This document shows positions 17,478 through 27,296 of a DNA stretch of 64,000 nt, piece by piece. Numbering within the stretch: the first letter of the stretch is position 1; every line of letters begins with the position of its first letter. The stretch lies in the IMG/VR virus record IMGVR_UViG_2862035965_000001. One strand, 5' to 3'. The position numbers and the translations under genes were made by a program. Below the pieces are notes generated by a model. The model worked only from the letters and a program-made list of their open reading frames with translations. It was not told the DNA's origin and did not search any database. The DNA comes from a virus. Its lineage: Duplodnaviria; Heunggongvirae; Uroviricota; Caudoviricetes.

Positions 17478-18716
17478 ATGACCATATCCACTCAGCCTCG
17501 CACCATCGTCTCTGTCACTGTGCGTGCGCTGCACCATTGCGCAGTCACCGACATGTACGTTTTCGCACAGATCATGGGTGACCCTGATCTTAAAACCTCA
17601 TTAGAACTCGCAGAGCACGCTGCCGATCTGCTCTATGACAACCGCACCGGTCTACAACCAGACTATGAAAACACTGTTGAAGATCTCTTTAAATTGCACG
17701 CTGCTGTTGTAGCCGTTGGTGCGGAGAACGTTGTTATCAACAAGAACAACTCGCAGGTTCTTGCACTCAGTCCCAAGGCAACCGGCCCAGATAACATCGT
17801 TGACCTGCACGCATTGCTGTCGCTTCCTGATGTGCATGTGTTTCATGTCGGCGGTGTGTCAACCAACCGCAACGGAGTGCTGTTTCCGCGTGATACTACG
17901 CACTGCTATCCCACCAACAGCGCTATTCGTGCTGGTCTTCGTCGCGCATTCCGCCAACTCACCGTGAAAGAGGATGATGCACACACCGCAGAAGCTCACG
18001 TTATCCGACTCCTCAAAACAATGACGAATCAGCCAGGTGACCCGTTCCTGCTCAAAGTCCTTGAGGACAAACACCCGCTGCTAGAAGTTACCCTCAATGA
18101 TGACGGTTCCCAGCTGCTGTGTACCAACGACTACTTTGAGTTTTTCGATGATTGGCTTATGTCAACACTGAGTCACCGCAGCACTGTCACCATTCTTGTG
18201 CAAGAAAAGATCACCATGCACAGCGAATACCGCTGCTTCACCAAAAACGGGAAAGTTATTACTTCTGCTGCCAATATTGATCACCACACCCCACTTAATG
18301 TCAATCTCGACACTGCTCCGGGTTGCCCTGATCTCCGCATCCAAGCCCGTCGCACTAGCGGCGGTGAGATTCTGCCCATTACCGCAGACGCCATGAGAGT
18401 CGTGCTCGCGCTGCATGATTTCGCCAACACAGTTGCACGAGCTGTCTATGACAACCCTAGTAAAGACTCCCCATTCGACCCCCCGTTGGATGATTATCTG
18501 TGTCTCGATGTTGCCTGGGATGCTGATAACAACCTCCCAGTTGTCGTCGAAGTCAATCCTGTGGCGATGTCTGGGCTCTTTGCTACTGATGTCTACCGCA
18601 CCGGCTATCTCGTTGATTTCATTAGGCACTACACCTCCAATCCAGATAATCGCCTGACCAGTGTGTTTGCACAGGGTGGGTTCTCGCGTGCTGTCAGCAA
18701 CAGCTCGCAGTTGTAG
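17478..18716 (+). CDS. ATP-grasp domain protein
   Basis: 412 aa. SEYRCFTKNGKVITSAAN and LCLDVAWDADNNLPVVVEVNPVAMSGLF are typical ATP-grasp C-domain motifs. Paralog of the 10194-11462 gene. Confidence 0.6.
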   Translation: MTISTQPRTIVSVTVRALHHCAVTDMYVFAQIMGDPDLKTSLELAEHAADLLYDNRTGLQPDYENTVEDLFKLHAAVVAVGAENVVINKNNSQVLALSPKATGPDNIVDLHALLSLPDVHVFHVGGVSTNRNGVLFPRDTTHCYPTNSAIRAGLRRAFRQLTVKEDDAHTAEAHVIRLLKTMTNQPGDPFLLKVLEDKHPLLEVTLNDDGSQLLCTNDYFEFFDDWLMSTLSHRSTVTILVQEKITMHSEYRCFTKNGKVITSAANIDHHTPLNVNLDTAPGCPDLRIQARRTSGGEILPITADAMRVVLALHDFANTVARAVYDNPSKDSPFDPPLDDYLCLDVAWDADNNLPVVVEVNPVAMSGLFATDVYRTGYLVDFIRHYTSNPDNRLTSVFAQGGFSRAVSNSSQL

Positions 18717-18780
18717 GACTGGTGGGTGGTCTCGACACTGTGCCCTAGGTGCTGCTGCGTACCAACGCAGCGCCCACAAA

Positions 18781-18803
18781 AATGCAGCACAGCTGCATTC
18801 GGG
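18781..18803 (+). promoter_or_regulatory. degenerate copy of the promoter-like motif (AATGCAGCACAGCTGCATTCGG)
   Basis: About 19 of 23 positions match the consensus. It is followed by two hairpins and no intact ORF until 19096, so it may be a decayed unit. Confidence 0.35.
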
Positions 18804-19095
18804 TGAACCCGTGACAATCGCACGGGGCTTGTTTACCTGGCACTCAAGCCCCGTGCACCGCATCAACAACCAACCTAAAAGAAAGGTTTTCCCACCCGTA
18901 TCTGAACACTCCGAAAACTACATCCACCGTACCTACGGTGTACCCACCTTCGTTTTCTGATAATTAAACCCCACCGCGCGCTGTATCTGCTGTATCCGAC
19001 ACCCCTTGAAGCCCTGCTTGAAGGGGTGTTTTGCACACCTACCAACATCTCCCCCTACCCGCACCCGTACACCTCTAAAAAAAGAGAGCTTTATC

Positions 19096-19563
19096 ATGTT
19101 CGAATCCCCTACACCTATCACTGTTCACGTCGAACCAAAGACACTCAGCGCTGTTACTGACCTTACGGTCGATGCACGAGAACTCGCAGAGCTACTGCTC
19201 AGCACCACTGACTACCGTGTGTTCTACATGCCACGTCTCGCCGGCGTGACCCCTATCGTGTCCTACCTCTATGTCTCCGATGGGGAAAACTTCCTCATCG
19301 TTGGTCGCTCTACCTATGTGCCCTGGGAATACTACGTCCACTACCCCATCAAGCCATCACGTGAATTTGGCTCCGCTATTGCAGTGCCACTCGATGAATC
19401 TGATGCACCAGAAGATGCCACAGCTGTTGTTGCTCTTACCAAGCAATACATGCAACCAATCATCACCCCAGGTGCGAGTTATATGCGGGGCTTTTACAAT
19501 CATGTCACCTTCGACAACCACCTCAATGCCCATCGACCACTGACCCAGATCATCTCAGACTAA
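19096..19563 (+). CDS. hypothetical protein
   Basis: ATG after an AAGAGAG ribosome-binding site, 155 aa. Confidence 0.5.
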   Translation: MFESPTPITVHVEPKTLSAVTDLTVDARELAELLLSTTDYRVFYMPRLAGVTPIVSYLYVSDGENFLIVGRSTYVPWEYYVHYPIKPSREFGSAIAVPLDESDAPEDATAVVALTKQYMQPIITPGASYMRGFYNHVTFDNHLNAHRPLTQIISD

Positions 19564-19682
19564 CAGCTATATTCACCTAGCTACTCCATCTGCACGACCT
19601 GTGCGCCTATACATCAGTACATCAGTGCAGATGGTGAGATCTGATCCATGATCCCCACACTTTAAGAAAGAAGCCGTTCATC

Positions 19683-20075
19683 ATGTCTAATTCTGAATCT
19701 GCCTCCCTACCCGAGCCACTTCCAGAGGGTTTAGCGCTGTACGACCACCCTGAGCACGGTCTTGTAGTGACGTCCTCCAACGAAAACACCCCACATGTCA
19801 CCAGCGTGCTCACCACCTCAGAGTCATTTGACATAACCCCTGAAAAATTGACCGAATGGCAAGACGTCCGAGTCCACAACGCCACCAACGTTGATTTGCC
19901 GGCAGAATTTCGACTCGTTCAGCATCCTGCGTGGGGTCGCATGATCGTCAGCACCGCAAATCATCAATACGCCGAAAACATTTACCCAGCCATCTTTGTC
20001 GATCCGCGTGACACCTGGAAAATTGTTGATGCGCACATCATCACTGTGCATAAATCCTCATTGACCTTCATCTAG
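19683..20075 (+). CDS. small protein with 2 copies of the LPxG-x-LAxHPxYGR repeat domain
   Basis: LPEGLALYDHPEHGLVVTSSNEN and LPAEFRLVQHPAWGRMIVSTANH. Confidence 0.55.
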   Translation: MSNSESASLPEPLPEGLALYDHPEHGLVVTSSNENTPHVTSVLTTSESFDITPEKLTEWQDVRVHNATNVDLPAEFRLVQHPAWGRMIVSTANHQYAENIYPAIFVDPRDTWKIVDAHIITVHKSSLTFI

Positions 20076-20096
20076 CCTTCTGAAAGAGCACTCGCT

Positions 20097-20372
20097 ATGA
20101 CTACACCATCGCCATATTCGCTCTATGACCTGCTGAAAGATTTCATCAACGCTCCGCAGGATTTCACCTGGATGCTCGCGCAACACAATAATGAGCAATA
20201 TTTGATCCACAGCATCAACCAAGAAAATCAGATCTGCCTGCTAATTGCTCACGATGGATCTGGGTTGTCTACTGCAAGCACCACTGAAGTATTCCCGTAT
20301 CTCCGCAAAGATTCACCGATCGGTCTCGCACCACAACCAATTAAGAAAACCCTCGTGCTGCCACGGGCTTAA
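20097..20372 (+). CDS. hypothetical small protein
   Basis: 91-aa ORF. Confidence 0.45.
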   Translation: MTTPSPYSLYDLLKDFINAPQDFTWMLAQHNNEQYLIHSINQENQICLLIAHDGSGLSTASTTEVFPYLRKDSPIGLAPQPIKKTLVLPRA

Positions 20373-20426
20373 ACACTCACTTTTCTGTGCCCTTTTCTGT
20401 GCCCCACCCCAAAAAAAGACAAGCGA

Positions 20427-20449
20427 TACAGCAGCACAGCTGCTGTCGG
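20427..20449 (+). promoter_or_regulatory. variant copy of the promoter-like motif (ACAGCAGCACAGCTGCTGTCGG)
   Basis: More palindromic variant, followed at +6 by GTGTGA, upstream of the 20576 gene. Confidence 0.4.
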
Positions 20450-20575
20450 GGTGATGTGTGAGCTCGCCACATCACCCCGCTGGGCTCGTTAAAACCCGCT
20501 CGAAAATTCCTCTTAACCTGCATAAACTAGAAAACATAAGGTTCGTCAACACCCACTAAGAAAGAACACTCTGCG

Positions 20576-21001
20576 ATGTCTGTTCAACCCACTGCTGTAC
20601 GTACCGTTACCTCTGCCCCAACTACTGACCTGACCGCCACCAAAGCCACCCATCAACTCCCCGCAACCATGATGCTGTGTGCTTATACACCAAATCCACA
20701 CCGCGCAGCATTAACTGTCGTTGCGTCCCGCGCAGCTGATCGCTTCGGGCGCCACACCATCTTATGCTTAAGTAACAACACTGCATATGCGCTTGCGGTT
20801 CCTGCTGACACACTCACTGTTGAACCCAACAGCACACTGCCGACGCAGCTCACTCTCGCTGAACACACCACCTTTGGTGCTGTAGTCGCAGTGCGCACAC
20901 CAAACACTCGTACCGGACAGCACCTCTATATCCGATCTAGTGTTACTGCTGAATCTGCTGTTCATACCGGCACCGCAACACCTGCTGAGCTGGTCCTTTA
21001 A
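20576..21001 (+). CDS. hypothetical protein
   Basis: 141 aa, Thr/Ala-rich. Confidence 0.45.
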   Translation: MSVQPTAVRTVTSAPTTDLTATKATHQLPATMMLCAYTPNPHRAALTVVASRAADRFGRHTILCLSNNTAYALAVPADTLTVEPNSTLPTQLTLAEHTTFGAVVAVRTPNTRTGQHLYIRSSVTAESAVHTGTATPAELVL

Positions 21002-21041
21002 CGCTTCACCCACTACTTTTCGCTTCGTTTCACCCACACCA

Positions 21042-21087
21042 GCACATCACCCTCTCGCATCACGCCAAGAGGGTGATGTGCTTTTTT
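21042..21087 (+). terminator. intrinsic terminator (GCACATCACCCTC...GAGGGTGATGTGC plus TTTTTT)
   Basis: 13-bp perfect stem followed by a T-run. Confidence 0.55.
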
Positions 21088-21125
21088 CATACTTTTTTTC
21101 TTATTACTACAGAAAGAACACCACC

Positions 21126-21740
21126 ATGTCTGCTTTTGACGAACTTCGCACCAACTACCGCCACAAGTTCACTGATACCTGGCCTGCCGCCACCGTGGTC
21201 CGTACCGGTTACTCCGCCAACCCAGCGTTTATCATCATCTCCGCTGATGCCATGACGCAGGACACCCATGCCGATTCCAATCTCATCACCGTCAAAGAGC
21301 ACCTTAACGGCCTGCTACCGTACAGCGTGCAGCGCAAGGATCGCGCCTTTGTCTCTGAGATCTACACCCCTATTGACCTGCTCGAAGGTGATCCAGAACT
21401 AGCTCAAGAAATACTCGATGTGCTCGACACCTTGAACAACAACGCTGTCTTTGACGATACGCACTACAGCGAGCTTGAACTAGAGCGCCTCAATGAATAT
21501 GTCATCGACACCTTGGCCTATGACATGAAGTCCGACATGATGCGCACTCTACTTAAGGCCCAGCCAGGGGCTGATCTTGAGTCAATGGAAGAACTCGACA
21601 TTGCAGCTATCCAAGATTGGATTGATTGCAATTCCTCTACTGTGCTTGAGCACAATGACGGCAGCGTCGATGACGTGCCTTTTGATTCCCTCGCATTAGC
21701 CAGGCTCTACCTACAACAGCGCACCGGCCACTCTGTCTAA
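21126..21740 (+). CDS. hypothetical strongly acidic protein
   Basis: 204 aa from the internal ATG. Very D/E-rich, so a DNA-mimic-like composition. Confidence 0.5.
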   Translation: MSAFDELRTNYRHKFTDTWPAATVVRTGYSANPAFIIISADAMTQDTHADSNLITVKEHLNGLLPYSVQRKDRAFVSEIYTPIDLLEGDPELAQEILDVLDTLNNNAVFDDTHYSELELERLNEYVIDTLAYDMKSDMMRTLLKAQPGADLESMEELDIAAIQDWIDCNSSTVLEHNDGSVDDVPFDSLALARLYLQQRTGHSV

Positions 21741-21797
21741 GCACGCTGTGTAAAAACACCACCCACGCACACGCGCACACTTCTAAGGAATATACCC

Positions 21798-22220
21798 ATG
21801 TCCACCGGCAACAATAGAATCTTTCTCGGCCAGCTGTTCCATGATGGCTCCTGCATTTTTGACGAGCTTTATCCCCATGAATCCGCACGTCGCGACGGCA
21901 TCATCGTTGAGCTTATACGCCTTCAAGATGATGAGCTAGAGCGCACTCATGGCAGCTCCATTGAGCCTATTACCCGCGAAGAAATCAACGATCATCTACA
22001 AAAATTCGGTGGCGCTAATGCAGATCAGGCGCTACAAGACATCTATTACTGGTTTAGTGAAACAGTCCCCGACATTGACATGCATCTCAGCGACTTTGCT
22101 GTACCCGAGTGGGCTGTTGCTGGTGCTAAGGCTGTTACTAGATCAACACTCGGTGATCTACACCTAGAGTCCGACGCATCAAAGTATTCAGGTCACGGTT
22201 ATTTTCCTCGACCACGCTAG
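21798..22220 (+). CDS. hypothetical acidic protein
   Basis: 140 aa. Confidence 0.5.
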   Translation: MSTGNNRIFLGQLFHDGSCIFDELYPHESARRDGIIVELIRLQDDELERTHGSSIEPITREEINDHLQKFGGANADQALQDIYYWFSETVPDIDMHLSDFAVPEWAVAGAKAVTRSTLGDLHLESDASKYSGHGYFPRPR

Positions 22221-22237
22221 AAAAAGGATAGACACCC

Positions 22238-22954
22238 TTGACGTCACCAACTAATTCCACACATACCTATGACTTTGGTATCGCTAAAGAAGATCCATCA
22301 CTAGAACGCTCCTGGGAGTTCTTCAAGGAAGAGACCCGCGATCATGAGCTCACCATTCTCCATGATGATGGCGTCTACCGTCATCTTCGTGTAGCACAGC
22401 CCGGTACCGCTATTTTCAGCTGGGACATCATTACGTGGCCTGGGCATCTCGCTATAGCCGGCGATATTGGTGACGGATTCACCTTCGCACGCCTGCACGA
22501 TATGTTCGACTTCTTTACCCCCTATGCATCAGATGCGGAGGCCATGCCGCAGATTAATCCTGACTACTGGCGCGAAAAACTCGGTCACGCTCAGCGCGGT
22601 GTGGAGAAGAAATACTCCCCGCATAGTTTTATGCACCAAATCCGTCAGAGTGCTGAAGAATACACGCAAGATTATGAAGATCTCCACAATCACCCGCATC
22701 CTACCTTCAGCGTTGAAGAATTTTGCAGCAGTGCTGTGTATTACGCCGAGGACGAACACTCTGCTCGCGACTGGGCAAGCAGAGAGAGCTCTATCGAGGT
22801 GCTTGGTCAAGACCTCTACTGGGAGGGTGACTTCTCTGTCTTTGATCATCATTTCATCACTGCGTGCTTTGCCATTTCCGATGCGATTCGCCGCTACCGC
22901 AACGCTAAAGAGTCTGATGCTGTTATTGCCGAAAATAATAACGCAGCACAGTAA
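22238..22954 (+). CDS. hypothetical protein
   Basis: 238 aa, acidic, Trp/His-rich. Confidence 0.55.
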   Translation: MTSPTNSTHTYDFGIAKEDPSLERSWEFFKEETRDHELTILHDDGVYRHLRVAQPGTAIFSWDIITWPGHLAIAGDIGDGFTFARLHDMFDFFTPYASDAEAMPQINPDYWREKLGHAQRGVEKKYSPHSFMHQIRQSAEEYTQDYEDLHNHPHPTFSVEEFCSSAVYYAEDEHSARDWASRESSIEVLGQDLYWEGDFSVFDHHFITACFAISDAIRRYRNAKESDAVIAENNNAAQ

Positions 22955-22994
22955 AAACTCTCTGTAACTACCCCGAAAGGACGACTCAACAACT

Positions 22995-23783
22995 ATGTCT
23001 ACAACCACATCCCCTGGATACACCGTGCGCCCCATCAGCGCCGTTCCCATGTTGATTATCGCTGATGTTTCCCACACGCTTAGCCGTTTGACCCACTTGT
23101 CAACGGCCAAACCCGTAAACGCTGTTCGACTCGATGCTGTGGTCGATCTATTGCTGCAGCTCGCTAACCGACCTAAAGAGTCATACCGAGAGTTCGGCGG
23201 AATCATCATGCATCCCGAGTTAGCAGCACGCCCCATCAACTTAAAAGATGTCATGCATGTAACCCGCACCTTCGGTAACAAAGCCCACGGACGCAAAAAA
23301 GTCCCTGTTGATGCCTTTATCGACGTGATCATCATGCTTACCGATCAGCCCACACCAGGATCTCAATTCCGTACTGTGTCAGAACCAGAGCGGTCTCTAC
23401 CACTGCCAGCAGGCATGATCATTATCGAGCAGGATCATGATGATCACATGCACACCCTGATTGGATTTATGCGTGAATCTGCTCAAGGTAATTATGTCGC
23501 ATTCTGGGCTTATGTCTCAGAACCTGATCTTTGGGCTGGGCAACAAGGCGGCAACGCCAATCTGTGCATTACTACCTATGATCCGGCTAACATCCGCGTC
23601 GCACGTGATCAAAGCGCTGCCGGTCTGCCTGAAGAACTAGCACTCGCAAGCCACCCACGTTTTGGCACTGTGCTCGTTACGCGTGCCACCAATGACATTG
23701 GCGACCACCTTGTTCTCACCACCTTCGAGGGTGGTGCTGCCCAGACCTATGCCAAGCCTGATCAGTTCCTGTTCTTGAGCTAA
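22995..23783 (+). CDS. protein with LPxG...HPxYGR-type repeat domains
   Basis: 262 aa. LPEELALASHPRFGTVLVTRATND and a weaker LPLPAGMIIIEQDHDDH. Confidence 0.55.
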   Translation: MSTTTSPGYTVRPISAVPMLIIADVSHTLSRLTHLSTAKPVNAVRLDAVVDLLLQLANRPKESYREFGGIIMHPELAARPINLKDVMHVTRTFGNKAHGRKKVPVDAFIDVIIMLTDQPTPGSQFRTVSEPERSLPLPAGMIIIEQDHDDHMHTLIGFMRESAQGNYVAFWAYVSEPDLWAGQQGGNANLCITTYDPANIRVARDQSAAGLPEELALASHPRFGTVLVTRATNDIGDHLVLTTFEGGAAQTYAKPDQFLFLS

Positions 23784-23828
23784 GTCTGAGGCTGCAGGCA
23801 CAAGCACAAGTGCAGACACGGGCAAGAC

Positions 23829-23851
23829 AACCACAGCAAAGCTGTGTTCGG
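23829..23851 (+). promoter_or_regulatory. conserved promoter-like motif, copy 8 (AACCACAGCAAAGCTGTGTTCGG)
   Basis: Variant of the consensus, followed at +6 by ATGTGA. Confidence 0.5.
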
Positions 23852-23996
23852 CGGGGTATGTGAACGCTTAAAACCACACAAACGGGGTGCTGAGAAATTC
23901 AGCACCCCGTTTGTTGATGAGTAAAAAAATCCCCAGCATATTCAGTGGGTATGCCACTAAAAGTACCCCACAACAACACAAGAAAGCCTCCAACTC

Positions 23997-24626
23997 ATGT
24001 CTGAACGCACCTATACCCCCATCGACATTAACGGCTCCCCGATCGACACTCTGAACACCGCTATTAACAATCTTGTTGCACTCATACCCACCGGCGACTC
24101 CGCACTTATTTTTGAAGACGCTGTGGAACAGCTTCGCTTCATGGCAGATGATGTTGCCCGCCGTGGAAACCCTGAATACCAATATCAGCGTGCACTAGAG
24201 GTCGGCCAGCACCTTGGCCTCCCCAAGCGCTTCGCACTCGCCACCTGGGTCAATGATGAGGGCGACGTAGAACTTGGTGTCATCTGCAACACGTTCAACC
24301 GTGATGAAGACACTGGATCACGACTATTCCTGCATATCTCAGTAAGCCCCGCCTACGAATCCCCGCACAACACCTACGGCGTGAACTATGGCGATGTTGC
24401 TATCGACGAAGCAGGTTTTACCTTTATCACCGACATCAATGACGAGAACGCCCGTATCCCAGAAGGCTTAAGCATTGGTGTTGTCGATGGGGAAAAAGTT
24501 GTATACACCAATCAGCTCGACTCTCGCAGCAACGCCCTGACCTTCAAACCAGACCTAAACAAGTACCCGCTGGTAGATCCCTACACCATCGACAAAGTAT
24601 CCATGTACTACATCGCAGAAGCGTAG
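23997..24626 (+). CDS. hypothetical protein with weak copies of the repeat domain
   Basis: 209 aa. LPKRFALATWVNDEGDVELGVI and IPEGLSIGVVDGEKVV. Confidence 0.55.
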   Translation: MSERTYTPIDINGSPIDTLNTAINNLVALIPTGDSALIFEDAVEQLRFMADDVARRGNPEYQYQRALEVGQHLGLPKRFALATWVNDEGDVELGVICNTFNRDEDTGSRLFLHISVSPAYESPHNTYGVNYGDVAIDEAGFTFITDINDENARIPEGLSIGVVDGEKVVYTNQLDSRSNALTFKPDLNKYPLVDPYTIDKVSMYYIAEA

Positions 24627-24748
24627 ATGCTCGCAGCTAATAGTGACGTAGCTGAAAATCCACATCATCATCAACAAGCCCTGTGCACATCACGTGCGCG
24701 GGGCTTGTTCTTATTCTCCCCACAACTAAAGAAAGCAGAACAATAACA

Positions 24749-25909
24749 ATGTACGATCGCACACCTATTCCTCGCACCGCCACTGTGCTTGAGGCACTGA
24801 CCATCACCCGCGCCAACCTCACAGCATTTGGCAAAGACACCCATCAGTCTTTTAACCCAGTCTTCACCAGCGCTCTTGCGGAACTCGATAGCATCATCAT
24901 CGAGGTGGAAAACAACAACCTTGAAGCCAACGTTGTCAAAGATGCGCAGCGTCTCGCAGAGAGCATTGGTCTACCGCACGGCGTTCTGGTCGCAACATTG
25001 ACTGGTGACGACACCTGTTTTGTCTACCCTGCACGCTGGGCGCACCTTGATGGCCGCGCTATGTGGCACGTTATTTCTCACGAAGCAGACAGCCCACACG
25101 GTATCGAGGTCTTTGTCACCACCAATGACAGCTTCACTTTTATCACCGAGCGTCACCGTGCATTAAGTTATGACGGTCAGCTGCCGTGGTGGATCACCCT
25201 GTATAACCATGACGGCGTTCCATCTTTGCGCTCTACTCAAGTCAGCCATGACGATGGCACCTACCTCGTTCTTAGCCCAGTGGAGACGACCTACGGTAAT
25301 CTCGGAGAATTTGAGATTGACGAGCTTGTACCAGAGGAAACAGTAGATACAGCACCACCAAAACAGCGCTCACACGAAGGATCAGCTTACGATCCAACAG
25401 AAGATGTCGCCTTCCAGACTGTGCAGATCGCACAGAAGTTGCAGCTCCCCGATGGGCTCTATCTCGCAGATAACCCAACATATGGTCGCGTTATTGTGGC
25501 ACAGCCACCGCAGCATAACCCAAACAACATGATCGCCTTTGGACTGTACCAACAGCCTGATAAAACTGGTGATGGTTCTTCCTGGGAAGAACTCGAACCC
25601 TACGGCGCCGATTCTCAGTACCAAGATCCAGACTGCTTCACTTATGTCAACGACGACCGACGCCTTAACTCTGTACGACCAGAAACCTGTGACCCTCAGA
25701 CAGGACTTCCACTAGGTATGCGCGTTGCGCTCTGGACCAACAAGCCGGGCAAACCAGGCCCACGCGTCATTGTCGCACCACACAATAACAATGAGGACGG
25801 CACTGAGCTGATTTTTGTCCGTGAAATTAACTCAGAATGTGGCGCCTACATCGTTATTGTCGCTGCTGAAGAGATCACGGAGCTGCACGAGGTAAACGAT
25901 CAACCATGA
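24749..25909 (+). CDS. protein with 3 copies of the LPxG...HPxYGR-type repeat domain
   Basis: ATG at 24749 after an AAAGAAAG ribosome-binding site. Copies: LPHGVLVATLTGDDTCFVYPARWAHL, LPDGLYLADNPTYGRVIVAQPPQH and LPLGMRVALWTNKPGKPGPRVIVAPHNN. Confidence 0.6.
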   Translation: MYDRTPIPRTATVLEALTITRANLTAFGKDTHQSFNPVFTSALAELDSIIIEVENNNLEANVVKDAQRLAESIGLPHGVLVATLTGDDTCFVYPARWAHLDGRAMWHVISHEADSPHGIEVFVTTNDSFTFITERHRALSYDGQLPWWITLYNHDGVPSLRSTQVSHDDGTYLVLSPVETTYGNLGEFEIDELVPEETVDTAPPKQRSHEGSAYDPTEDVAFQTVQIAQKLQLPDGLYLADNPTYGRVIVAQPPQHNPNNMIAFGLYQQPDKTGDGSSWEELEPYGADSQYQDPDCFTYVNDDRRLNSVRPETCDPQTGLPLGMRVALWTNKPGKPGPRVIVAPHNNNEDGTELIFVREINSECGAYIVIVAAEEITELHEVNDQP

Positions 25910-26337
25910 CAAACGCAACTCGTGACGCAAGCTTAGCTGCAGCAGCCAAACTTGGGTTACCACCTGATCTTTTCATTGCCCAGCACACCACACACGGTGT
26001 GTGCATTGTCTCCAAACATACTGTGGCCATCCACAAAGACGGATATTCCTGCCACCTTGGTCTCCACTTAGATGCAGCGGGTGTCGTTAATCTCTGGCAC
26101 CCCAGCATCAACGACCTCACACCAGTTGTTGCCGCAGAGCTGCCCGATTGGATCATGCTCAAGCGACATAATCGCTACGGCATTGTTGCTGCATCCGTTA
26201 ACACTGATTTTCACCCACCATTAGAAGACACCACTGAGCACGACTGTCATATCGCATTCGTTGTCAACGGTCTGTACAAACCCACAAGACGCCCCTATGT
26301 CATGACCTTTGAACCCAAAGAGCTCCACGACATCTAA
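25906..26337 (+). CDS. small protein with 2 copies of the repeat domain (paralog of 27297-27791)
   Basis: LPPDLFIAQHTTHGVCIVSKH and LPDWIMLKRHNRYGIVAASVNTD. Overlaps the previous gene by 4 nt. Confidence 0.55.
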   Translation: MTNATRDASLAAAAKLGLPPDLFIAQHTTHGVCIVSKHTVAIHKDGYSCHLGLHLDAAGVVNLWHPSINDLTPVVAAELPDWIMLKRHNRYGIVAASVNTDFHPPLEDTTEHDCHIAFVVNGLYKPTRRPYVMTFEPKELHDI

Positions 26338-26356
26338 ACCAGAAAGGAAATTCGCC

Positions 26357-27268
26357 ATGTCTCACGACAACGCTGTCACGCAGCAACCTGTCAACCATAT
26401 TCATATTCCAGCGCACACCACTGCGCATTCAGATCGCTTCGAGCATCCAGACAACGGCTATGGCTACACCGTTCGCCAGGACACTGATGTGGAGAACCCG
26501 ATGACGTACCATGACGCGAAAGATGCAGCGATCTGGGCTTTTGGACAACCGCGACGCGGGAGCACCATCCCTGATAAGCCAGAAGGCAATGACATCCTCG
26601 ACATCTTTGCCAAATTCATCCACGGCGATTACGACAATGACTCAGACATTTTCGACATGTCCGAAGGTGATGCTGCGGTATCACTCATGCGCACCAAAGA
26701 ATATGTCGCTAAACACCATCCAGAACTTATTTTCGACATCTCTGCGAAAACCATTGTCGGTTATTCTCAGAGCGATTGGCTCGATGTGGTCTGTGCTACT
26801 ACTGCTGCCACCCGCGACGAGCTTATCCCTGCTGACAGTATTATTGACATCTACCGCCAGCGGGCTTTTGGTGATGTGTGGACAGTAATCCCTGATTCGC
26901 AGCCGGGTCTCGCAGGTATTTATGCCGATGATCCAGCTGACGCCCTTGCATACTATCAAGAGAATTTCGAAGATGAGCCCATCTGGGATCTCTTGAGCAA
27001 ACACGACGCCGAAAAAGAGGCTGCTGCGCTGGCAGCTGCCTCTGCTGCAGAAAACCACGCACTAGCACGAGGTACTACCCCAGTCATTATCCGTGCACAT
27101 GACATCATCACTAATGCACGTCACCTCATGTCCGATAGTGCTGACGACAATCCCGAATACGATCGTGCCTTGGTCGAACTTAGTGCTCATCTCTTAGGTC
27201 TTGATCTAGATGACCGCGTTGCTGCAGAGATGACCATTTTAGGTCGCCCTGTATCTGAAGAAGGATAA
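26357..27268 (+). CDS. hypothetical acidic protein
   Basis: ATG at 26357 after a GAAAGGAAA ribosome-binding site. The annotated ORF uses a TTG at 26309 that overlaps the previous gene. Confidence 0.55.
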   Translation: MSHDNAVTQQPVNHIHIPAHTTAHSDRFEHPDNGYGYTVRQDTDVENPMTYHDAKDAAIWAFGQPRRGSTIPDKPEGNDILDIFAKFIHGDYDNDSDIFDMSEGDAAVSLMRTKEYVAKHHPELIFDISAKTIVGYSQSDWLDVVCATTAATRDELIPADSIIDIYRQRAFGDVWTVIPDSQPGLAGIYADDPADALAYYQENFEDEPIWDLLSKHDAEKEAAALAAASAAENHALARGTTPVIIRAHDIITNARHLMSDSADDNPEYDRALVELSAHLLGLDLDDRVAAEMTILGRPVSEEG

Positions 27269-27296
27269 CCACCGCACAAGAAAGAAGCACCCCCTC

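Noticed and set aside
18661-18960. ORF reading through degenerate promoter copy 6, and a possible small gene after an AAGAAAGG ribosome-binding site at about 18880
   Set aside because: No ATG, GTG or TTG follows the ribosome-binding site in frame, and the ORF needs to start inside the previous gene's 3' region. It is more likely a decayed unit.
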